The translations under genes and the position numbers were made by a program. 64,000 bases of DNA, from assembly GCA_951406725.2 (NCBI GenBank), contig OX597821.1, forward strand, positions 69,626,001 to 69,690,000, written 5' to 3'. This document shows, in pieces, positions 54,818-64,000 of the stretch. The notes below the pieces were generated by a model. The model did no database searches. It had not been told where the DNA came from and saw only the letters and a program-made list of their open reading frames with translations. The stretch is from Octopus vulgaris (lineage: Eukaryota). Positions within the stretch are counted from its first letter, which is position 1. Each line of letters opens with the position of its first letter.

Positions 54818-55244
54818 TATGACATAATTTACATTTTCGCTGACTCTTTTGTTTATTAGGTATTTAATAGCAATCTCCTGTTCTTGGATTGCAAATACTT
54901 AGCCTTCGAAGTCTGATATGATGTAGCAGTCACGAGTCCAAGAGAGGCTTCGTGTCGATGTTACTATTTTCTTCAAGTCTTCGAGAAACATACCCATGCA
55001 TAGATTTATTTCTTCAGTTTGGTTTTTTGGTATGCTAAGCGTTTCACCACCAGGTCTAATTTGAGGTGTGTTTGTCCGGCTCATTTGGGGTCGTATGGGA
55101 GATCATTTGAAGAGAGTGCTTCCTGAGGAGCTCGCCTCCAGCACGTAACACATTGTTCTCTTAATTTTTCAGCACTAAATTAAGGTTTTTTCTTTTTCTT
55201 TTGGCTGCTGTTGCTTAGCAAGTGTTGCGAGAGACTAACAGATA

Positions 55245-55392
55245 CGTAGACACTTGCTTCCCAACCACATGAATCTGTATTCAGCCCCACTGCGTGGCAC
55301 CTTGGGCAAGTGTCTCCCACTATAACCTCTGACCGACCAAAACCTTGTGAGTGGATTTGGTAGATGGAAAGTGAAAGAAGCCCTTCGTATAT

Positions 55393-55443
<51 letters not shown>

Positions 55444-55649
55444 TTTGGGTCCGTGTTTGTCCTCCACCACTGCACGACAACTGGTGCTGGTTTGTTTACG
55501 TCCCTGTAACTTACCAGTTCGGCCAAAAGAGCCGATAGAATATGTACCAAGCTTAGAATAAGTACTGGAGTCGATTCACTCGACTAAAAAAGTTCTTCAA
55601 GGCGGTGCTGCAGTATGGTCGCAATCAAATGGCTGAAACAGATAAAAAG
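55245..55649 (+). mobile_element. SINE family A, diverged
   Basis: Colinear with 55865-56250; internal (TG)n. Confidence 0.85.
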
Positions 55650-55668
55650 TGTGCGTGCGTGTGCGTAT

Positions 55669-55714
<46 letters not shown>

Positions 55715-55864
55715 ATAGATAGATATAGATGAAGAGAGAAACAGGGAGAGAAGAAGAGAACGAAAGGGGAAAATATACATACACACACACACATATACAT
55801 ATGAACATACAACCATACATACGCGCAAGCACAAATCCATCCACCCATCCTTTCATACATGTGT

Positions 55865-56250
55865 GCAGGAGTGGCTGTGTGGTAAGTAGCTTGCTAACCA
55901 ACCACATGGTTCCGGGTTCAGTCCCACTGCGTGGCACCTTGGGCAAGTGTCTTCTGCTATAGCCCCGGGTCGACCAATGCCTTGTGAGTGGATTTGGTAG
56001 ACGGAAACTGAAAGAAGCCTGTCGTATATATGTATATATGTATATATATATATATGTGTGTGTGTATGTGTGTGTCCCCCTGGTGTGTTTACGTCCCCGT
56101 CACTTAGCGGTTCGGCAAAAGAGACCGATAGAATAAGTACTGGGCTTACAAAGAATAAGTCCCGGGGTCGATTTGCTCGACTAAAAGGCGGTGCTCCAGC
56201 ATGGCCGCAGTCAAATGACTGAAACAAGTAAAAGAGAGTAAAAGAGAGTA
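55865..56250 (+). mobile_element. Full-length tRNA-derived SINE family A
   Basis: A-box-like tggctgtgtgg, B-box-like ggttcagtccc, ccttgggcaagt block, internal microsatellite, gtaaaagaga tail repeats. Confidence 0.93.
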
Positions 56251-57080
56251 TCCATTCGCCCATCCAACCATTCATTTATTCATCCATCCGTTCATCCATC
56301 CATCCACCCATCTATCCACCCATCTACCCATTCCTCCTACCTTCTTTCCTTCCTTCCCTCTCCCCCTCCCTCCCTCCCACCATCCATAATACAAACATGA
56401 GAAATTATACGAGAGAAAGAGAAAAACCGAATAAGCGTATAAGGTGAAAGTGATATGTTATCACTTAGAGTTATAATTCGCACAAACCACATGCATATAC
56501 ATATGAATGTGTAGGTGTGTGTGTTTGTGTATTTGTGTGTGTGTGTGTGTGTGTGTTTGAGTGTATTTAACTACACACACACACACACACATTGCACGGG
56601 TGTTCCTTTCAGTTGAGGTAAAAAAAAAATACCTCATTAAAACAGCACCCGTTCCTCCCCCACCCCCTCCTAAATTCGATGTCTTCATCATTATTCAGCC
56701 CTGGTTCATTCGTTTCACCATGTAAGCTCCCTTCCCAAACACACTTAAGATCGGCAGGTAGGTAAGTAGGGAGGCAGAATGGTTGGTGGGGGTAGACGTT
56801 GCCAGCCCTCTGCCCTCACCTTGTTTTATATTTGCAAAAATAACAACAAAAGCAGAAAAAAAAAAAAGGAAAAGAGAAAAATTAAAAAAAAGGAGAGAAG
56901 AGGGCGTAGGAGAAGCTGTGGGTGGAGGTGGGACTCATTTTATTTCTTTTCATAGTTTCTTTGGCTTTCTTTGAAATAAAACCCCTTTTTTTTATGATTA
57001 AGCTCATTGATATTGGTGTTGATCTCGTTATTGTGATCCTCATCAGCATTAACAACGGTTATTATTCTTATGTTAGAAAA

Positions 57081-57082
<2 letters not shown>

Positions 57083-57161
<79 letters not shown>

Positions 57162-57200
57162 CATTATTATTATTATTATTATTATTGTTATTATTATTGT
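57083..57200. repeat. (TAT)n array
   Basis: Direct reading. Confidence 0.95.
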
Positions 57201-57382
57201 AATGTCACTCCACCATCCATCGCACTTGAGGTAATAAAATGTATTATTGTTGATTATTATTATTATTGTTGTTGTTGTTGTTGTTGTTAGTGATATTGCT
57301 TTTCTTTTTCGACAAGCAGTCAATATAAACATACAAACACACACAGAGAAAACTATTCATCAATACGCACACAAATACATCA

Positions 57383-57495
<113 letters not shown>

Positions 57496-58161
57496 ATGCT
57501 GGTGTACACACACACACATACAGACACAACACATAATTCTTCCTACATTCACTCACAAGACTACACACACAAACATACATACCCAAGCACACATACATGC
57601 GCATACATGTTTTCTCTCACACACACATACACACACTCACAAGGAGCTGACTCTCTTCATCAATCCAACCAATTGACAACATTACCTCCAGGATTTTCTA
57701 TCATTTTTTATCACTTTCAATTGAAGCACCAGCTGGCATTACGCTTTACATAACCTACGCACGCACATACACACACGTACTTGCACGCGCGCGCGTACAC
57801 ACACACAAAAAAAAAAACACACACACACACACACATGCATGCCACGCACTCACATGCATAGACTTCAAAGATGGGTCCTCCGTCTGTTTCAGCGATGAAA
57901 GTACTATTATTTGTTCGACGGATCGACCGACTCGTGCACAGTGACTGAGTATTCTTTAACAACCTTGTGAGGGGAACGATACGATTGGGCGCTGACGTGC
58001 TTGCACGGCTGACTGGATATTGAGTCCGCTTTAACGACAGTGCTTTTTGGCACTGGATGCAATCACATGCACACACACGCACCCGTGTGCAGAAATATAC
58101 ACGTAGAGATAGAGAAAATGTAAGAGAGGTAGTAGAGAGAGGAAGAGGAGAGAAGGAGGAC

Positions 58162-58218
<57 letters not shown>

Positions 58219-58733
58219 TGAAAAAAGAAAGACATTACAATTTATTAACTGAACACGATTAACGTAAATATATTCCTTCTCCTCATACACATTAATAGAA
58301 ATATGTTCACATATATTAAATACACACAGACACACCACGTATATTAAATACACACAGACACACACACAAAGAGAAAGTTAGAGGGAGAGAGAAAGAGAGA
58401 GGGGTAGTAATGATTAGGGAAAGCTAAATCTTTAAAATGTTTGGTGTCAAGTAAGTCAACGTCGAATCAGCGACGCCAAATAGGCGGCTCCAAAACGCCT
58501 GTGCCAAAACGTATCTCACCCACTCTGATACAATATGTGACAAGGCTGGCGCTTTGAATTACAGTTGCAATCCATCTCATGGAATCGCTCGTAGTTTCTG
58601 TTTAGGCAAGTTCATTTAGAAATCTTGGGTTCGTCGAGGTAAGGAGGTAAGATACAGAGATCCAATGCCATGAAGAGGGGCGTTTTCCAAGACTTCAATG
58701 TTATAAGCGAATTTCGTAACAGTTCGACTGAGC

Positions 58734-58779
<46 letters not shown>

Positions 58780-59159
58780 ACTAGACACACGTACATATGT
58801 ATATGTATGAATATGTATGTTTCGAGCAATATAACACACATTTTACTCTTAAGTTTTCATACAGCAGAAGTCCCTGAGTAATCATTCACAGTCATTCTTG
58901 TAATTCGTGGCATCTTTGTGTGTTCATTCATAAAATATCCAATATACTTGTTGAGCTATATTAAGATCTACAAGTGAGATTGCTTCACTGATGAAGTGTA
59001 ATAAGATCGAAACACGTCCATAGTTATCACCACACTATTCAAGACCAGATTTACACCCTACTGCATTTAATATTAACTTATTTCGATTTATTTTGATGAG
59101 CAAAAATTTCTGGTTTTGCTTCTCTCTACTTTTTATCAGAATAAGTAATTTCCTACCAG

Positions 59160-59470
59160 TTTCTTTTACTTTTTAGCTGTTTCACTCACCAGACTGCAGT
59201 CGAACTAGGGCAGTTTTGAGAGCGTTTTAGTCGAACAAATCAACTCCGGTACCTATTGTTCTTACGTCTGGTACTTAAAAGGTTACAGAATTGTAAACAA
59301 GCCAATAATTGCTGCCAAGTGATGTGTGGGAGGACAAACAGACTTTCACTCACAGGGTTTTGGTTGTCCGGGGCTATAGTCAGAGATACTTGCCTAAGGT
59401 GCCACACGCTAGGACTGTACCAAAGACCACAGGGTTGGGAAGCAAGTCTCTCAATCACACAGTCATACTT
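59160..59470 (-). mobile_element. Highly degraded SINE family A
   Basis: ttttagtcgaacaaatc, ggggctatag, acttgcctaaggtgccac blocks. Confidence 0.65.
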
Positions 59471-60202
59471 GAGCTTATATTAATTTATGTTAATTAATTT
59501 CAATTAATGGAAATTTCCGGCTTGTTTTCACCGATCGTTTCTTTTTATCAGAATAAGTCAGTTAAAAAATGATTGGTGGGATCAGATTAAGCGTAATTTT
59601 ATTTCATTACTTGGTTTATTTTATCGATTAGATCGGCTGAATCACTTCATATACTATTCCTTTCACTGATATCTATTTATTGCTTTTAGCTCAATGTTTC
59701 TATTTGTCATCTCAGGACAAATACCGCACTATCTGGCCTATCAATAGTGTGCACACATTAAGTATGATACATAGGTAACTATTTTGTTCTCATACTATTT
59801 TAGGGTGGCGATATAAAACATAAGTGTTGTAGTTGTTCAACCCCAGTTCAACCGTGATGGAGCAGATGAAGTGATAGAAATGGAATGGTTTTGTATTTAA
59901 CTCATTCGTTCTGTCTCAGACGCACAAGCATGAGCGCACTTCGAGTTTCGAAAATACATTTCAATGACTGAGGTAAAATATGTTCCAGCAACAACCATTC
60001 CATTGTTTCTCTTTTTTTATCAGCCTCATATTATATGGGACCACATTATCCAATGTGTCATTCTGTTTTTGGAAATGATTGGATGTGATTTGAGGGAGAT
60101 TTGGCTGTTATTTCTAGCTGGTCTTCCGAAGAAGTAGAAGTATTAGATATATCTCAGAGTCTGTTTGTTTCTGTATTGTGTGCGTGTGCGTGCGTGTGTG
60201 TG

Positions 60203-60284
<82 letters not shown>

Positions 60285-60931
60285 TGAATTCGCGTATGTA
60301 TGCGTATGAGTGTCTGTGTATAATTGAAGAACGCTTGACAAGAAGTAGACAGCGGGTTAGTTTCTTTTGTTGCATCCCTTTTACAGTAGACGAAAAGAAA
60401 GAAGGAAAAGAAGACGACATACAAGAAATGAAAGAGATAGAGAGAGAGAGAGAGAGCGAGGAGGAGAGGAGAAGAAGAAAAGAAGAAGAAGAAGAAGAGG
60501 AGTGAAAACGTAAACTTTAAAAATAAAGAAGGCTGTGGAGAGAGAAAGAACAGAAGGTTTCTTGTTTAACGAGAGGCAAAGATGTCGTAACACATGTTTA
60601 AAAAACATGAAAAAAAGAAAAAAACGGAGGAGAGTAGAATATAATGATGTGGGAATTAAAATACAATGATAAGGGGTTACACAATCAGCAATAACAACAG
60701 TAAGGGAGCTGGGGATCAGTAGAAAGTAGAGGTAGGGAGAGGGGAACTGTATATTGTTACTCAACTTATTAGAAATAACAACCAAAAATCTACATCCGTT
60801 CACGGCTTGCTCTCTTAACGAGGAAAGTGCATTCATTGACGCAGATATATAAAGAACAACTGAAAGGAAAAGGCGAGATGGTCACGTTTGGAATGTTTTT
60901 ACCTAATGAAGACTGGTTTGGAATTAAACAT

Positions 60932-61045
60932 CGAATACTCCGGAAGGTGCTCGAAAAATAAGAGGCGTTACCTTAGTTTACTGGTAGTGAACAGCTCACA
61001 CTGTAGTACATCGCCAGCGTTAGAAGCTGTGGAAAGGCAATAATA

Positions 61046-61083
<38 letters not shown>

Positions 61084-61095
61084 AATAATAATAAC

Positions 61096-61136
<41 letters not shown>

Positions 61137-61155
61137 CAACAACAACAACAACAAC

Positions 61156-61211
<56 letters not shown>

Positions 61212-61245
61212 CAACAACAATGATAATAATAATAATAATAATAGT
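60932..61245 (+). mobile_element. R4/Dong-like extreme 3' end with (TAA/GAT/CAA)n tail
   Basis: RILRKVLEK* then a UTR matching 21655-21745, followed by a trinucleotide array. Confidence 0.78.
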
Positions 61246-61594
61246 AATTGTATTCACCTCAATAGACGTCATATATTGGTTGAAATTGCCGAAATACGAG
61301 AAATTAAACAACAAATAGCTTACAAACTACAGAATTTTCTCAAAAACGCCAAGAGAAAAAGATGTTTTATGTGACACATTCTACCAGTATACGAAGTTTA
61401 AAAGTGTTTATTTACAAAAAAAAAAAAAAAAAAAAATTAAAATCTGCCGGTCAAAGTGAAAAGATCCGTTATTTTGTCTGACTACTGCAAGCTTTTGCTT
61501 AACTGGTGTCTTTTTTGTTATTAGCAGAAAAATAATTCGAATCTCTATTGTCTAAAATTGTGTACCATCCTATTATTAAGCATCGACCAAGAAG

Positions 61595-61795
61595 GTATGT
61601 AGTTAGAATCGTAGGAGTCGGACAAAATGCATAGCAGGTCTTTATTTTTATGGAGTTCAAATTTCACCGAGATCAGCTTTGCCTGTTATCCCTTCGGAGT
61701 CGGTAAAATATGTCCAAGTTAAGCATTGAAGTCGATGTAATTGATTTTCCCCTCGGCATTTAAATTGCTGGCCTTGTGTCAAAATTAGAAAGACT
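61595..61795 (+). mobile_element. Degraded SINE family D
   Basis: gagttcaaatttcaccgag...gtcgatgtaattga. Confidence 0.6.
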
Positions 61796-61876
61796 TAAGT
61801 GCCAATCACCAGTGTATTATTGACATTGTCTTTCTCTATCTCTAGCTATTTTTCTTTCTCTCTGTCTCTCTGTGTC

Positions 61877-61914
<38 letters not shown>

Positions 61915-62384
61915 ACCCTCTCTCTCTTTGAATATCTCTCTAGTTTCTTTTCTACTTTCGTTTCTGCTTTTCTCCTAATTTTGGGACGTTCTTTCTTCTT
62001 TTCACTCCAACATATGTTTGAATCAATGTCTTTCACCCTCGAAAACATTCAAACGTTCATTTCCCACTCAATTCTCTTTTTTAGATATTAACACAAATCT
62101 GTTTTTTCTTTTCCCCCTCTGAGCAATCATTTCACACAAATATTTGCACATTTTCTGTATTCACTTGTAACATTGCTCTGTCTAACAATCCTATCCGTTT
62201 TAATGCAACAATATAACACAGACACAAGTCGTCAGCCTCTTCATATTTTTCTCAGTTCTTTCTTCACTTCCTTTTTTTTTCTCTCTCCGTCGTTCGTTCT
62301 CTAACTTTGGTCTTTCATTTTGCTCTTTCACCCTTTCTCTTCCGTTTTATTCATAACACTCCCTTTTCAATACCTATTTCTTTA

Positions 62385-62605
62385 TTACCCACAAGGGGCC
62401 AAACATAGAGGGGACAGATAAGGACAGACATAGGTATTAAGTCGATTACATCGACTCCAGTGCGTAACTGGTACTTTATTTATCGACCCCGAAAGGATGA
62501 AAGGCAAAGTTGACCTCGGCGAAATTTGAACTCAGAACGTAACGGCAGACGAAATACCCCTAAGCATTTCACCCGGCGTGCTAACGATTCTACCAGCTCG
62601 CCGCC
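62385..62605 (-). mobile_element. SINE family D
   Basis: Reverse complement of 51290-51513. Confidence 0.9.
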
Positions 62606-62779
62606 TTTTCAATACCTGCCTCGACGTCTACACTTTCTCGCACAGTTTTCTTATATCTATTTCATACTTTTTTCTTTACTCTTTATACTGTATTTTTTCT
62701 TATTTTTATGATGACATGCACGACCATGCTGCATTTAAAATGGCGCATTGACATGTACACACCGTCTACACAAAGTATG

Positions 62780-63300
62780 TAAACGGTAAATCGTCATAAC
62801 TTGCTTGTTCATTCATAACACGTTCCAGCAGATTTCGCCCTGAATATGTTAATGAACGTCTCATCTCAGAACAACTTCTCCTTAATGACGAACAATGTAC
62901 TTGTAAAGTAATTCGATTCATTAGTGCAAGGGACTTTGGGACACCCGTTGTTTTGACGCGTTAGTTAGCCAAAAGTACCCGGGATTAACAGATCTCACAA
63001 ACGTTTGGCTCTTGTTTACAAATTTAACAAATAAACTGATTACTTCTTCCTTCTGATATCCATCCATCGATATTAAATCGTTATACGCCTGGTGAACAGC
63101 AAGAATCAAAACGACGATTTGCATATTTATACAGAATATGTTCCGGCAGATTCGAGCGTCAATGTACTAATTACCGTTGTGTTTCGTCACAGAACAAATC
63201 GTTTGCTATGAATATATATATATTTATAACCATTCGATTCATTAGTGCAAGAACCTTAAAAGGGGACATCTTTGTAATTGCCGGAGAAATAGCAGCAAAA
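62780..63300. repeat. Two diverged tandem units (about 321-bp spacing) of an old repeat
   Basis: gattcattagtgcaag at 62915 and 63236; gttcc.gcagatt upstream of each; third copy at 28446. Confidence 0.7.
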
Positions 63301-63689
63301 CAACCTCCAGCGACACTTCAAATGGATCCCTTTGAAACTGTCTTCCTAGTATCTGTGCACCTGGGAAAATGACAAGAAGAGCTAACCTGGGAATAAAGAA
63401 CAGAACCAACATTCTACAATATGAGAATGTTTTCAGCTGTTCGTTGGACCTGCTAGAAATAGCAGCCAAATCACTCTGAAAATACAGGCTTAAAAAGGGA
63501 GGAAAACAGTCGATGCTATGTCATAAAATATGAAAATCAGAATGGCCATGAGATGAACTGAAGCTAAATTACAACAACATCAACAATATGAATACATTGT
63601 AAATAAAATAATAAGAAACCTATGAGAATATAAATTGCTTCAAATGGCCACTTGCTCTCTCGCCCCCTTTACCCCTCATTCTATGTGTG

Positions 63690-63745
<56 letters not shown>

Positions 63746-64000
63746 TACGTGTGTACTTAAGTATATATTTTTAGCGATACACACATATACATTTGCGTGT
63801 GTGCATTTGTATGTGCGTGTGCATATGCACATGCATATTTATGCATATATATATATGCATTTGTGTATATGAGTATATATATATATATATATATAAATAC
63901 ACAGGCGTGTGTGTATGTGTGTGTACATGTGTGTGTGTGTGTTCAGATATACACAGAAAGATTAGCCTGCGGGAGAGATATACCCGAAGCAGTATTGGTA

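Larger units (their letters stand above)
53508..55180 (-). mobile_element. R4-like retrotransposon copy 2, interrupted by a SINE and a Helitron
   Basis: Colinear with 51555-52600 once the inserts are removed (KEKEDNYGQLFPNLQLLFPD, VIEFSCPIDVN, SLSWTRDC). Confidence 0.82.

Noticed and set aside
58039-58067. tttggcactggatgcaatcac, resembling the miR-96/miR-263 seed family
   Set aside because: No complementary star arm at pre-miRNA distance; only a 6-bp local hairpin.
58988-59018. CTGATGA...CGAAACACGTC minimal hammerhead-like string
   Set aside because: Core words are present but neither stem I nor stem II pairs; at best a decayed Penelope-end remnant.

Overview
AT-rich, extremely microsatellite-dense animal DNA. 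The tRNA-derived SINE families, LINE mix and simple-repeat load suggest an octopus or other coleoid cephalopod; this is inferred from repeat content only. I found no credible host protein-coding exon. Almost all long ORFs are translated microsatellites, and the informative ones are decayed transposon fragments: CR1/L2-like, R4/Dong-like, HERO-like, RTE, Tx1/L1-like, two kinds of Penelope-like element, an internally deleted mariner and Helitron pieces. At least four SINE families are present. The standout is 42484-43156, a non-coding 489-bp unit present about 1.4 times (184-bp direct repeats, 1 mismatch) inside a (TA)n tract. Its minus strand carries a complete type I hammerhead ribozyme motif with an unusually long stem II (42604-42709). 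Two predicted cleavage sites lie exactly 489 nt apart, the architecture expected of a retrozyme (a ribozyme-bearing retroelement copied from a circular RNA). Degenerate or partial hammerhead-like cores occur elsewhere in the window: at Penelope ends, at 14.7, 17.3, 28.4, 41.5 and 62.8-63.3 kb. All structures were read by eye; nothing was folded or searched computationally.
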